From Candidatus Kaiserbacteria bacterium (GTDB taxonomy: Bacteria; Patescibacteriota; Minisyncoccia; Phycocordibacterales; UBA2100): a stretch of 64,000 nucleotides of DNA. How positions within the stretch are numbered: the stretch's first letter is position 1; every line of letters starts with the position of its first letter. The DNA is taken from assembly GCA_016217925.1 (NCBI GenBank), contig JACRFK010000004.1:133869-197868 (forward strand), given 5' to 3'. This document shows, in pieces, positions 7,513-17,682 of the stretch. Both the position numbers and the translations under genes were made by a program. The notes beneath the pieces were generated by a model that saw only the letters and a list, made by a program, of their open reading frames with translations, was not told the DNA's origin and did no database searches.

Positions 7513-9686
7513 AAGACTTAAAGGGTTTGAAAACCGAGTTTCTGGAGTATATAGAAATTGAAAAAGGGCGGAGCGTGAAGACGGTCGAGAATTATGACCG
7601 CTATCTCATGCGGTTCCTCAATTTTGCAAAGGTGAAGTCCCCTGCCCAGATAACCGAGCAGATGGTGCGTGAATTCCGTATCACACTCAATCGTTCCGCA
7701 GGGGTTACAGGCACGATGAAGAAGAATACACAAAATTATCACCTCATCGCGCTGCGCGCGTTCCTCAAGTTCCTCCGCAAGCGTGATATCGAATCGCTCA
7801 ATCCCGAGCGTATCGAACTTGCCAAGGTCGGTGGACGCGATTTGGATCTCATTACCGCCGATGAGCTCAACAGGATCATGCGTGCGCCCACGGGTGACGA
7901 GCTAGGGGGTCTGCGCGACCGCGCGATCCTCGAACTTTTGTTTTCTACCGGTTTGCGCGTCTCGGAACTCTGCAATTTGAATCAGGATATTGACCTCTCT
8001 CGCGATGAGTTCTCGGTGCGCGGCAAAGGAGAAAAGGTGCGCGTGGTATTTCTCTCGGCGTCCGCGAAAAAAGCGGTGGCCGAATATTTGAAAAAGCGCG
8101 GTGATATGAGCAAGGCGTTGTTCGTCAGTTACGGCAAAGGCGGCACGAGCAAGGGAAAAGATTTACCGCGCATCACTCCGCGCTCCGTCGAGCGATTGGT
8201 AAAACAGTACGCGATAAAAGCGGGCATCACGCGCAAAGTGACGCCGCATGTCATTCGTCACTGTCTCCACGCGGAAACGCGAATAATGGGAAACCCTTCG
8301 CTCACAACGGCGAAGGAGTTGTTCGCATCCGAAAAGCAAAAGAAGGTCCTTGGATTTGATTGGAAAAACAATCGTCTCATGCGGGCCTCGATTAAGAGAC
8401 GTGAAACACATTCCACACAACGCCTGATTTCTTTATGGGCGGACGGCCGGGAAATTTGCTGCACCCCGTACCACAGCTTTTTCACCCCGAGCGTTAACGG
8501 TATTGTGCCGATACAAGCACAAGACCTGAAAGTTGGGGATTATGTAGCGGGAGTTCGCAGTGTTCAATGGTCCCAGGGAAGTAGACCCGAAAGCGAATCC
8601 ACGGACTTTTGGAGATTGCTTGGATATATTCTTGGTGATGGAACGCTTAGTGAGGCACGGCGAGGTATTATCATAAATGATAAAGAACGTCGCCACATTG
8701 ACCTATACAACGAAATTGTTTTTCGTGTGACGGGCAGGTGCGGAACCGTCACTAAATTGTCAGGCGGCAATGGGTACGCGCTCAATATCTACAATGTTGG
8801 TTTTCTGAAAAAGGTACGAGCTCTTGGAATTACACAGCGTTCAAAAGAACGGCGTGTCCCCGCGGGCCTGTTTCAGGAGTCCGAGACCGCGATCCGAGCC
8901 TTTCTTGCAGGCTATTACGATGCCGAAGGAAATAACGGCAGGATTAAGATGTTCTCCGCAAGTAAGGAACTTCTGAAAGACATACAAATGTTGCTGCTCC
9001 GGTTGTCTATCGAGAGCATACTGCTCCGCCGAGAGCGGCGAGTGAAACTTCCCCAAGGTCGGGTCATTGACCACGTCATATACATACTGCATGTGACGTA
9101 TCCACCAAGCGAGAATCGCTTTGTGGAACTCATACCAACATTCAAACAACGCATACGACCGAAAAAAGAGTGGCAGCGACTCGATATTGCATTACCTACG
9201 CAACCACTGATTCGAGGACTCTACCCCCTTTTGCTTGCCAAGAGGGGTTTCATCCATTGGCTCGGTAACCGTTATGGCATACGGTACCTGAAACGTTATA
9301 CAAGAATATGTACAACACCGCTGCTGCTCTCTGTGTTTCTTAAGGCCTGCAAAGAAAAAAGAATTCGAAATCCATTTATCAAGCAACTCGAGGTTCTCAA
9401 CCGACTCGATTCGATTCGATGGCTCCGAGTGAAGAAGCTGGAGATGGTCGGCGGTGTATCGAAAGTTTACGATTTCACGATAGAACCAACGCACAATTTC
9501 ATCACAGATGGTTTTATCTCGCACAACTCATTCGCGACTGACCTACTCGAAAATGGTGCCGATCTGCGTAGCGTGCAAGCGCTCCTCGGCCACGCCAACA
9601 TCGCAACGACCCAAGTCTACACGCACGTGACCGACAAACACCTCCGCGAAGTCCATCAGGCATTTCACGGCAAACGCCGCAAATAA
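7509..9686 (+). CDS. XerC/XerD-like tyrosine recombinase containing an intein
   Basis: [31 protein letters not shown]|intein|[34 protein letters not shown]; spliced product about 303 aa. Confidence 0.93.
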   Translation: MKDLKGLKTEFLEYIEIEKGRSVKTVENYDRYLMRFLNFAKVKSPAQITEQMVREFRITLNRSAGVTGTMKKNTQNYHLIALRAFLKFLRKRDIESLNPERIELAKVGGRDLDLITADELNRIMRAPTGDELGGLRDRAILELLFSTGLRVSELCNLNQDIDLSRDEFSVRGKGEKVRVVFLSASAKKAVAEYLKKRGDMSKALFVSYGKGGTSKGKDLPRITPRSVERLVKQYAIKAGITRKVTPHVIRHCLHAETRIMGNPSLTTAKELFASEKQKKVLGFDWKNNRLMRASIKRRETHSTQRLISLWADGREICCTPYHSFFTPSVNGIVPIQAQDLKVGDYVAGVRSVQWSQGSRPESESTDFWRLLGYILGDGTLSEARRGIIINDKERRHIDLYNEIVFRVTGRCGTVTKLSGGNGYALNIYNVGFLKKVRALGITQRSKERRVPAGLFQESETAIRAFLAGYYDAEGNNGRIKMFSASKELLKDIQMLLLRLSIESILLRRERRVKLPQGRVIDHVIYILHVTYPPSENRFVELIPTFKQRIRPKKEWQRLDIALPTQPLIRGLYPLLLAKRGFIHWLGNRYGIRYLKRYTRICTTPLLLSVFLKACKEKRIRNPFIKQLEVLNRLDSIRWLRVKKLEMVGGVSKVYDFTIEPTHNFITDGFISHNSFATDLLENGADLRSVQALLGHANIATTQVYTHVTDKHLREVHQAFHGKRRK
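8262..9527 (+). mobile_element. intein (422 aa) with LAGLIDADG homing endonuclease
   Basis: Starts Cys (CLHAET), block [14 protein letters not shown] and [10 protein letters not shown] motifs, VYDF block F, ends HN before Ser+1. Confidence 0.93.
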
Positions 9687-9689
9687 CCT

Positions 9690-10427
9690 ATGAACGAGAA
9701 AATCGAAAATAATGAGACGAACACTATTCGCGGACCCGAACCGCTGCACGAGCAGAATATTTCCGTCATCGGCATGGGGCGTTTGGGCACCAAGCTCGTA
9801 GAGCGCTTGCAGGAAATAACGCCCCAGAACACGCATATCCGGCCGGTCGGAAATCGCGAGGAGAATAAACTCGCCGCATCGGTCTCCGACCTCGTTATTC
9901 TCACGGTGCGGCACGAACAAGTATCGGACACACTATCGGATATCGGACTGAAGCTCAGTATAGACGCGCAAGTACTTTCGTTTGCGACGCATGTTCCCGT
10001 AACGCTCCTCGAGCGCATCGGTGGCAAACCCTCCGCACGTTTTCTGTGCGATCCGTGGTTCCAAATGGGCGCGTACGTGCTCGGCGAGGGCTTTTCCACG
10101 AAGGGAATCGAGTTTATCTTCGATAATTTGACGGCAGTGAAGCCGGTACGCCTGCGCTCTGACGAGGAGCTGGAACAATACACGCACGAAATCTGCCATC
10201 TCTATGCGACGCTCTTTCTCAAAGCGCTCGGCGAGTTTCCGAACGCTGACGCACACCTGCAATTCCTCGCCGGCAAAATGAACGTGCGAGTTGAAGATCT
10301 ATTGAGTATTAATACAGGAGAGACTCCGCAGCAGGCGATAGCGCTTTTTGCCACACCAGGTGGCGTGACCGAGGCGATGATGAAGAAGTTACGCGAGAAT
10401 CCGGACATCGCACCTTCGGAGCTCTAA
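9690..10427 (+). CDS. divergent pyrroline-5-carboxylate reductase-like NAD(P)-binding protein
   Basis: ISVIGMGRLG Rossmann motif, DLVILTV, C-terminal ATPGGVT. Confidence 0.6.
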   Translation: MNEKIENNETNTIRGPEPLHEQNISVIGMGRLGTKLVERLQEITPQNTHIRPVGNREENKLAASVSDLVILTVRHEQVSDTLSDIGLKLSIDAQVLSFATHVPVTLLERIGGKPSARFLCDPWFQMGAYVLGEGFSTKGIEFIFDNLTAVKPVRLRSDEELEQYTHEICHLYATLFLKALGEFPNADAHLQFLAGKMNVRVEDLLSINTGETPQQAIALFATPGGVTEAMMKKLRENPDIAPSEL

Positions 10428-10436
10428 TTACCGAGA

Positions 10437-10465
10437 TTGACAAACGGCGCGGAATGATTTATAAT
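10437..10465 (+). promoter_or_regulatory. consensus sigma70 promoter
   Basis: TTGACA-17 bp-TATAAT exact consensus. Confidence 0.8.
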
Positions 10466-10514
10466 TACGAACTGTTCTCATTGTGCAACCCGTGTTAAGG
10501 CACGAGAAAGGTCG

Positions 10515-11342
10515 TTGAAAATGTTCAAACGTCTAGTCGCGATGCTGCTCGCGGTTTCCCTGTGTATGCCCCATGTGGCGTTCGCAGACCCGCTTGGCGG
10601 TATGAGCGCTTCGTATAAGGCGCTCTTCAGCAAGTACATCACTCCCGACTTCGTCCGCGGTGTCTACATCGACAAGTCACTGTCGGTCGACAGTTGGTGC
10701 ATGCGCGACCAGTGGGTCAACCCACAAACCGGCAAGCGCTGTCGGGACGGGACCGAAAGGCCGCTCTACAAGTTCGTGATTCCGCAAATCGTCTACCAAT
10801 CACAAGGCGGCACGAACTCTACGGCGGCTGCGGTGCGGAATCGCCGCTCTGCGTCGCCTCTCGGCGCCGGTCAAGAAATCGGCGTCGAAGAGCTTGAGCC
10901 GAGCTACTATCCGGCCGAGTTCTACCTGCGCGGTCCGCCTCGTGAGAAGAACGCCTACGGAGTGTTTCCGTGGACGTCATTCATCGAGCGGGTCGTCGTG
11001 GAGGCGGGCTCGTTCGTCCCCAACAAGGCGCCGGCGCTCGTTGCATTCGATGTCGCGGGTCGTGCGTATGATTCCGACATCAAACGAGCGTTGCCAGCAC
11101 ATCACGAGTTCGGTGAGAGCGAAGTATGCTGGGTCATAGCCCAGCTTTCGAGCGCACAGCGCAACGGTGAGACCGGTGCACTCGTCGCTAATGGCCACGC
11201 GAACGTGTTCTACACCGCCTCCCATGCCGTACTTCTGATTTGGTGCGGCGCGAAGATCGGGTGGGGCATCGGAGCGTGGCAAAGCGGGAATAACCGGTGG
11301 GAAACCGGTGACCGGGTCTTCATTCCGAAACCGGCGACCTGA
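10515..11342 (+). CDS. secreted hypothetical protein
   Basis: Signal peptide ending VAFA; Trp-rich C-terminal domain. Confidence 0.7.
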   Translation: MKMFKRLVAMLLAVSLCMPHVAFADPLGGMSASYKALFSKYITPDFVRGVYIDKSLSVDSWCMRDQWVNPQTGKRCRDGTERPLYKFVIPQIVYQSQGGTNSTAAAVRNRRSASPLGAGQEIGVEELEPSYYPAEFYLRGPPREKNAYGVFPWTSFIERVVVEAGSFVPNKAPALVAFDVAGRAYDSDIKRALPAHHEFGESEVCWVIAQLSSAQRNGETGALVANGHANVFYTASHAVLLIWCGAKIGWGIGAWQSGNNRWETGDRVFIPKPAT

Positions 11343-11380
11343 TCGCGTCGTTTTGAGAACGCGACGCGACACCAAACTGA

Positions 11381-11416
11381 GAAACGGCGGGCCTTGTGTC
11401 CGCCGTTTTGTTTTTC
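11381..11416. terminator. bidirectional terminator
   Basis: aaacggcgg...ccgccgtttt between convergent genes. Confidence 0.65.
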
Positions 11417-11421
11417 CTCCG

Positions 11422-12141
11422 CTAGCTTTGTCCGAGAAAGACACGATGCAGCGCCTCGCTGTCTATCGAATCGGGCGAGCCTTCAAGCACCACAGAACCC
11501 CGCGAGAGTACAAACACGCGTGTCGCTATTGCAAGCACCGATTTTATAGAATGTTCGACCACGACGACGGCGATGCAGCGCTCGCGATGAATTTCGGCTA
11601 TTTTTTCGAACACTTCTTTCACGACCTTCGGTGCAAGTCCGAGGGAAGGCTCGTCGAGGAGCAGTATCTTTGGGTCTGCAACAAGGCCGCGTGCGATGGT
11701 CAGCATTTGCTGCTGCCCGCCCGAAAGGAGCCCCGCTTTGTGCGAGAGTTTCTCTCGAAGCGATGGAAAGAGATGAAGCACTGATTCGATATTTGCTTTT
11801 GTAGCGGAACGGTTGTTGAGGGTGTAGCCGCCGAGCTCCAGATTCTCCAGCACGGTGAGGCTCTTGAACACCTGCCTGCCCTGCGGCACGTATGCGATTC
11901 CGCGCGCGACCATTTCATGGGTCTTCGGTTTTATCGCAACACCGTGCCAACGAACCTGCCCGCGTGAAAGTGGTGCAAGGCCAATGAGCGCTTTGAGCAC
12001 GGTCGATTTGCCCGCGCCATTTGGGCCCATGAGCGCGATGAGCTCATGTTCATCGACCTTAAGCGTCACATTGTCAATCGCCCGTACACCACCATAGTGG
12101 ACCGATGCGTTCTCGAGCGAAAGTAGTGTTTCCTTTGCCAT
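11422..12141 (-). CDS. livF: branched-chain amino acid ABC transporter ATPase
   Basis: GPNGAGKST, VPQGRQVF, LSGGQQQM, LLDEPSLGLAP. Confidence 0.92.
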   Translation of the reverse strand: MAKETLLSLENASVHYGGVRAIDNVTLKVDEHELIALMGPNGAGKSTVLKALIGLAPLSRGQVRWHGVAIKPKTHEMVARGIAYVPQGRQVFKSLTVLENLELGGYTLNNRSATKANIESVLHLFPSLREKLSHKAGLLSGGQQQMLTIARGLVADPKILLLDEPSLGLAPKVVKEVFEKIAEIHRERCIAVVVVEHSIKSVLAIATRVFVLSRGSVVLEGSPDSIDSEALHRVFLGQS

Positions 12142-12143
12142 AG

Positions 12144-12875
12144 TTATTTTCCGAGATATGCCTCAATGACGTGTGGCTCTTTGAGCACCTGCTCGGGAGT
12201 CCCCTCGGCGATGACCTTTCCGCTGTCGAGCACATAGCAGAAATCGGCGAGATCGCGGATAAGGTCCATATCATGCTCGACGAGCACGACCGCAGCACCG
12301 CCCGCGCGCAGTTCGCGGAGGATTTCTGCGACCACCTTGCGCATTTCGGGGAAGAGACCCGCGAACGGTTCGTCGAAAAAGTATATGCGCGAACGCATAG
12401 AGAGCGCGCGTGCTATCTCGAGGAGTTTCCGCTGCCCGTACGAAAGTTCTTCGGCGTTCGCGTGCCGTTTCTCGGAGAGCCCGACGCGTCGCAATACCGC
12501 CTCTGCGGCGTCGAGGTGAGATTGCCCTTGCCGCTCAAATAGAGCCCTCCACACCGAACGCTCCGTCAGCGCGAGGAGGATGTTGTCGAGCACGCTCATC
12601 TGACCTATGAGCCGTGTGTTTTGAAATGTGCGCGCGATGCCGAGCCCTGCCGCGTCGGTAGGCCGCACGCGCGTAAGTGTCCGCTCCCCTACGCGGATCT
12701 CGCCGCCGTCCATCGGAAGGATGCCTGTGATGGTGTTGATAAGCGTTGTTTTTCCGGAGCCGTTGGGACCGACGAGTGCGGTAATAGAGCCGTCCTTACA
12801 TGCAATGTCGACGTGATCGACCGCGTGGACTCCGAGAAAACGCTTCTCTAATTTTCGTGTGACAAGAGCGGTCAT
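12144..12875 (-). CDS. livG: branched-chain amino acid ABC transporter ATPase
   Basis: GPNGSGKTT, GIARTFQ, LSYGQRKLLEIARAL, VIEAYLG. Confidence 0.92.
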   Translation of the reverse strand: MTALVTRKLEKRFLGVHAVDHVDIACKDGSITALVGPNGSGKTTLINTITGILPMDGGEIRVGERTLTRVRPTDAAGLGIARTFQNTRLIGQMSVLDNILLALTERSVWRALFERQGQSHLDAAEAVLRRVGLSEKRHANAEELSYGQRKLLEIARALSMRSRIYFFDEPFAGLFPEMRKVVAEILRELRAGGAAVVLVEHDMDLIRDLADFCYVLDSGKVIAEGTPEQVLKEPHVIEAYLGK

Positions 12876-12878
12876 ATA

Positions 12879-13745
12879 TCAAATGCGGAATTTTCCAAAA
12901 AGCCCGCGCGGCAGATAGAGCATGAAAAGAATGAGGATCAATCCATAGAATACCTGGCGCATGTCGCCGGCAATGCTCGCGGGGAATCCGATGAATCGCA
13001 ATGCCTCGAACGCGCCGACGAGCATACAGGTGCCGACAATCGCCCCGTACGCGGAACCCAATCCGCCGAGGATGACGATTGCGAGGATGAAAATCGAGTC
13101 GTTCACCGTGAATGCGGACGGATTGATATAGGAGAGGTAGGTCGCGTAGAGCGATCCGGAGAATGCGACGAGCGCAGCGGAGATTACGAAGATGACGATC
13201 TTATACACCTCGGTTTTGTAGCCGAGGACGGCGATGGCCTCTTCGTCTTCACGCACCGCATGCAGGACGCGTCCGAAGTTCGATTTCATGATGGCATAAT
13301 GCGCGGCGAAAACGGCGAGGAGAACGACGGCGCAGAGAATAAGAAAGGCCGTGTTATCCGCAAACGATATGCCGAGTACCTCGGGTCGGGTAATGCCGGG
13401 GATGCCAAGCGGTCCGCGGGTGAGGCTGTCCCAATTTAGGAGAATCGCCCAGACGATCATATTGAGGCCGACCGTACCGAACACGTAGTACACCTCCCGA
13501 AGAGACAGGAATATCGCGCCGATGATGAGCGCGATCGCGCCCGCAATGAGCGCGGAGAAGAGTGCCGCCGCGAGAAATGGGATGCCCGCGTGGAGCATGA
13601 GGAGTGTCATGCCGTAAGCGCCGATGCCGGCAAAAGCGGCTTGGGCGACGGAGACGAGGCCCGTTTCGCCGATAAGGAGGTTGAGCGAGACGGCCGCGAT
13701 GCCGGTAATCGCAATCATGGTGAGAATGTGTACCGCGTAGTCCAT
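12879..13745 (-). CDS. livM: branched-chain amino acid ABC transporter permease
   Basis: GLVSVAQAAFAGIGAY, FGRVLHAVREDE, ILGGLGS. Confidence 0.9.
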   Translation of the reverse strand: MDYAVHILTMIAITGIAAVSLNLLIGETGLVSVAQAAFAGIGAYGMTLLMLHAGIPFLAAALFSALIAGAIALIIGAIFLSLREVYYVFGTVGLNMIVWAILLNWDSLTRGPLGIPGITRPEVLGISFADNTAFLILCAVVLLAVFAAHYAIMKSNFGRVLHAVREDEEAIAVLGYKTEVYKIVIFVISAALVAFSGSLYATYLSYINPSAFTVNDSIFILAIVILGGLGSAYGAIVGTCMLVGAFEALRFIGFPASIAGDMRQVFYGLILILFMLYLPRGLFGKFRI

Positions 13746-13746
13746 A

Positions 13747-14610
13747 CTACTTGGGCAAGATTCCCTGCGGGCGGTAGAGCAAGAAGAGGATGAGGACAGC
13801 GAACGCAAAGGCGAATTTCCATTCGCCACCGAATTGCCACGCGCCGATATTTTCTACGAGCGCGAGAAGAAATCCGCCGAGCACCGACCCGTACATGTTG
13901 CCGATGCCGCCCACGACGGCGGCGATTACCGCCTCGAGGAGGATTGTCATTCCGAGCGGTTGCAGACCCATATCGAAGCCGACTGCAATGCCTGCAATGC
14001 CTCCTACGGCGGCACCGATGAAATAGACGGCGCCGATTACGCGCTCGCTGTCGATCCCGACGGTCTGCGCCACTTCTTCATCGTCGGCAATCGCGCGCAC
14101 CGCTCTGCCGAACTTCGTATAGCGCCATACGACGACAAGGATCCCCATCACGGCGAAAGCCGCCGTAAGTATGAGAAGCTGCGTCGCTGTGATGACGCCG
14201 CTTTCGATGCTGAACAAGCGCTGTGAAGCGATATCCCGCGAGAGCGACTGGAACTGGCTCGAGAAGAAAATCGCGAGCGCCGCTTGCCCGAGCGTGAAGA
14301 CACCGAGCGATGCGATGAGGAGGACCGTGTTCGATGCGCGCCGCGCGCGCAATGCGCGATACACGATTTTTTCCGTCAGAAAACCGGTGAGGCCCGCAAT
14401 GAGGACGCCGAGCAACAGTGACAGCTCAAGATTGATCCCGACCCATTTGTACAAACAGAGCACTGCATATCCGCCGACGAGCGCGTATGCACCGTAACCG
14501 AGATCGAAAAAGCGCGTGGTACTGTAGAGTACGTTGAATCCGAGCGCCGCAAGACTGTAGATTCCACCCGCGATCACAATGTTGAGGACAATTTGCGGCA
14601 CTGCGTCCAT
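13747..14610 (-). CDS. livH: branched-chain amino acid ABC transporter permease
   Basis: YSLAALGF, TKFGRAVRA, VVGGIG, RPQGI. Confidence 0.9.
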   Translation of the reverse strand: MDAVPQIVLNIVIAGGIYSLAALGFNVLYSTTRFFDLGYGAYALVGGYAVLCLYKWVGINLELSLLLGVLIAGLTGFLTEKIVYRALRARRASNTVLLIASLGVFTLGQAALAIFFSSQFQSLSRDIASQRLFSIESGVITATQLLILTAAFAVMGILVVVWRYTKFGRAVRAIADDEEVAQTVGIDSERVIGAVYFIGAAVGGIAGIAVGFDMGLQPLGMTILLEAVIAAVVGGIGNMYGSVLGGFLLALVENIGAWQFGGEWKFAFAFAVLILFLLYRPQGILPK

Positions 14611-14664
14611 AGGGTCTTCGGCAAAAGCCACGAGAGGTATTCGGGGCTTTTGCCGCAATTCTCG

Positions 14665-15786
14665 CTACTGCACGACCGTAGCCGTGCCGTTTGCCATGCG
14701 CTTCACAACGTAGTCCGCCACGGTGAGGTCGCCGTTTTGGTCGAACTCGATGTGCCCTGAAACGCCATCATATTTCGTAGCGCGGATCGTGTCGGCGAGT
14801 TTGTCCGGATCGGTTCCGGCACTCTTCATTGCGTTCGCGAGGATGTACACCGCGTCATACGCCTGCGGAGCGCCAACCGGCACATCCGGGCTCTTCGTCT
14901 TCTGCTGGAGCTTTTGCTTGAATGCGTCGGTCGTCCCCGTTTTCCCCGTAGTGTAGAGGATGTCGAGGCCGAGATTTTTCGCATCTTTCGCGAGCTGCGG
15001 GTCGTCCCACCCGTCGGCCCCGAGGATTTTCGCCTTGATGCCTAGCTCGCTCGCTTGCTTCATGAGCGCGGTGTCGCCCTGCGGATACATGGGCGTGTAG
15101 ATGTAATCGGGGTTCGCAGCCTTCGCTTTCGTGAGGTCCGTGCGGTAATCGGTCGCGGTCTGCGGTTCTCCGCTCTCCGAGACTATCTCTCCGCCGAGCT
15201 CCTTGAAGCGCGTCTCGAAGACGTTCTTAATGCCGGTGCCCCAGTCGCTTATATGGTAGATGACAGCGACCTTGCGCGCGCCGAGGGTGTTGTACGCGTA
15301 TTCCGCAGCGAATTTGCCTTGGAACGCATCAGACGGGTAATCGCGGAAGAAGTATTTGCCGGTCTGGCTAAGATTCGGCGCAGATGATGCAGGTGAGATG
15401 ACAACGACTTTCTTCTGCATTGCCGCCGGCGCGAATGTCGCCGTTTCGGTCGAACACAATCCGCCGATAATCGCGATTACGTTGTCGGCATTCATAAGCT
15501 TGTTCGCCGCGTTCGATGCCGCCGTCGATGCGCACTGCCCGTCTTCATATATCATTTCGAGTTGGCGACCGTTCACGCCGCCTGCCGCGTTGATCTCCGC
15601 GACGGCAATCTCTACTGCCGCTCGGTCGATCGTACCAATCGACGCGGCGTCTCCGGTAAGCGGAAGCACCGAGCCGATCTTGATGGGCCCTGTCCCGCTC
15701 TGGGCGGAATTGCCTGAGAAGCCAATCGCCCACCAGCCGAGACCCACGATGATAATGACTATCAGTGCCCAGATCCACTTGTTCAT
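14665..15786 (-). CDS. branched-chain amino acid ABC transporter substrate-binding protein (LivJ/K family)
   Basis: IKIGSVLPLTG, EINAAGGVNGR, YFFR, FDQNGD. Confidence 0.9.
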   Translation of the reverse strand: MNKWIWALIVIIIVGLGWWAIGFSGNSAQSGTGPIKIGSVLPLTGDAASIGTIDRAAVEIAVAEINAAGGVNGRQLEMIYEDGQCASTAASNAANKLMNADNVIAIIGGLCSTETATFAPAAMQKKVVVISPASSAPNLSQTGKYFFRDYPSDAFQGKFAAEYAYNTLGARKVAVIYHISDWGTGIKNVFETRFKELGGEIVSESGEPQTATDYRTDLTKAKAANPDYIYTPMYPQGDTALMKQASELGIKAKILGADGWDDPQLAKDAKNLGLDILYTTGKTGTTDAFKQKLQQKTKSPDVPVGAPQAYDAVYILANAMKSAGTDPDKLADTIRATKYDGVSGHIEFDQNGDLTVADYVVKRMANGTATVVQ

Positions 15787-15852
15787 AGTTAGATTGCTAC
15801 GTTAGGTATAACGCGCGCATCATGGCTTCTTTTTTAGAAAGTTGTCAATCGG

Positions 15853-16647
15853 TCATTTCTTTTCGTGTCCGATTTCGCCGACAGTGGAACTATGATCGCG
15901 CATGAAATCGAACATCATGCGCAGCGTATGTGCTATCGTCGCGTCTTCGATAAGTACTGCGATCGGTCTCTCTTGTGCAAAAGAAAATATTGCTACCGTT
16001 TCTCCGTATATCGCGAATTCAGTGTCCATCGCGTAGCGCGCAGGAATGAACGAGGCTGTACGGCGGAATTTCTTGTCGTGTTTCGCCGCTTCGCGCGCCA
16101 CAGCCGAGTCAGGCGTTACATAGGCAACGTCTATACCGAGCCTTGTGCGTTTGCGCATGTAGTGTTCGATAAATCCCGGACGCAATTTCGTAAACACAGA
16201 TTCGAAGCCAGTGATCTCATATATCCGCTTCTGCGGATTGTTCTCCAGGGTGTCCTCAAAGGCCTTCTCTACGCCCTCAGGTCCTTCAAAGTAGCGTATC
16301 TTGGGAAGTGCGCGTCCCCTCTCCCGCAAGAGTCGCAGCTGTGGCAGCGTATCCGCCACCTCGTCTTTTGCGTCGAGGAGCTCTTTGCCGCGCCGCTCGA
16401 TATAAGAAGGAAGCAGGCCCGGATCGATTGACCGGAACATCGCTACTCCCTGGCGCCGTTCTTCAAAAGCGAGCCCCTTCCGCTTCAGCTCTTCAAGAAT
16501 CCCGTACGTCGTGGTGCGGTTCAGTCGCGCCTCCCGGGCGATCGCCGAAGCGTAGAGCGGGCCACTCGGAAGAAGCGCAAGCATCACACGCGATTCTTTC
16601 TCGGAGAGACCGATGCTCGTGAGGGCTTTTCTGATGGCAGGGGGCAC
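15853..16647 (-). CDS. TrmB-like HTH transcriptional regulator
   Basis: IGLSEKESRV, RTTTYGIL, PKIRYFEG, IEDATIA. Confidence 0.8.
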   Translation of the reverse strand: MPPAIRKALTSIGLSEKESRVMLALLPSGPLYASAIAREARLNRTTTYGILEELKRKGLAFEERRQGVAMFRSIDPGLLPSYIERRGKELLDAKDEVADTLPQLRLLRERGRALPKIRYFEGPEGVEKAFEDTLENNPQKRIYEITGFESVFTKLRPGFIEHYMRKRTRLGIDVAYVTPDSAVAREAAKHDKKFRRTASFIPARYAMDTEFAIYGETVAIFSFAQERPIAVLIEDATIAHTLRMMFDFMRDHSSTVGEIGHEKK

Positions 16648-16844
16648 GACACCAGTGTAACAATTTGTCGGGAATTCTCAACAGTATTTTTGTATACGCC
16701 AATTTCATCCAATTTAGGGGGATATTTCCCGTCAATTCATTCAGACACCGTTGGCATCACACACGAGCCGCCGGCGGGGCCGGCGGCTCGTGCTCTCAGA
16801 GGGCCTGATATTCCCGTGAAGCGGCTTGTGGTATCGTTCTTCGT

Positions 16845-17642
16845 ATGAAACTGATCTCATGGAATGTAAACGGTATCCGGAGCGTCCATCGCAAAGGTGT
16901 GCTCGCGCCATTTCTCGACAAGGTGAAACCGGATATTGTGTGCCTGCAAGAGACCAAAGCAGAGGAGCATCAGTCCGAGGTGGACTTGCCAGAATATGAA
17001 GAATATTGGAATTCTTCAAAAGGGCGCAAAGGCTATGCCGGCACGGCCATCTTCTCAAAAACCAAGCCGTTGAGCCTTATTTTCGGATTTCCGGAGGATA
17101 TTCTCAAGAGATACAAGCTGAAGGACGGCTACGGCGACCCGAATGAGGAGGGGCGGGTGGTCACGGCTGAATACGAGGATTTTTATGTTGTGAATGTGTA
17201 CACCCCTAATTCGAAGCCCGATTTGAGCAGGCTTGCGCTGCGCCATAAACACTGGGACCCGGCATTTCTCGCCTTCTGCAAGCAATTGGAGAAGAAAAAG
17301 CCTGTTATCTTCTGCGGCGACTTGAATGTAGCGCATACGCCGGACGATTTGGCCAATCCCAAAGCAAACGAGGGCGAACATGGTTTTACAAAGGAGGAGC
17401 GGGAGGGGATCGATACGATCATCAAGGTCGGATTCGTCGATACGTTTAGGATGTTCACGAAAGGCAACGGGAACTACAGCTGGTGGGCCCACTTCGCCAA
17501 TGCACGAGAGCGCAACGTGGGCTGGAGGATAGATTATTTCTTTGTGAGCAAGGCCTTAGCGCCCAAAGTGCGCTCGGCGAAGATTCACGCCGACGTTATG
17601 GGTTCAGACCACTGCCCCATCTCGATAGAGCTAGATATATAG
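16845..17642 (+). CDS. xth: exodeoxyribonuclease III / AP endonuclease
   Basis: SWNVNGIR, CLQETK, GDLNVAH, GWRIDYF, GSDHCP. Confidence 0.95.
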   Translation: MKLISWNVNGIRSVHRKGVLAPFLDKVKPDIVCLQETKAEEHQSEVDLPEYEEYWNSSKGRKGYAGTAIFSKTKPLSLIFGFPEDILKRYKLKDGYGDPNEEGRVVTAEYEDFYVVNVYTPNSKPDLSRLALRHKHWDPAFLAFCKQLEKKKPVIFCGDLNVAHTPDDLANPKANEGEHGFTKEEREGIDTIIKVGFVDTFRMFTKGNGNYSWWAHFANARERNVGWRIDYFFVSKALAPKVRSAKIHADVMGSDHCPISIELDI

Positions 17643-17643
17643 C

Positions 17644-17682
17644 GCCGACGTAAAGTCGGCGTCCCGACCGAAGCGTCGGGAC
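17644..17682. repeat. CCCGAC/GTCGGG double-hairpin element
   Basis: gccgac..gtcggc and tcccgac..gtcggga; related copy at 37807-37857. Confidence 0.5.

Noticed and set aside
7509-11342. Integron or prophage anchored on the tyrosine recombinase
   Set aside because: The extein looks like housekeeping XerC/D with no IntI-specific insertion; no attC array, phage genes or att repeats
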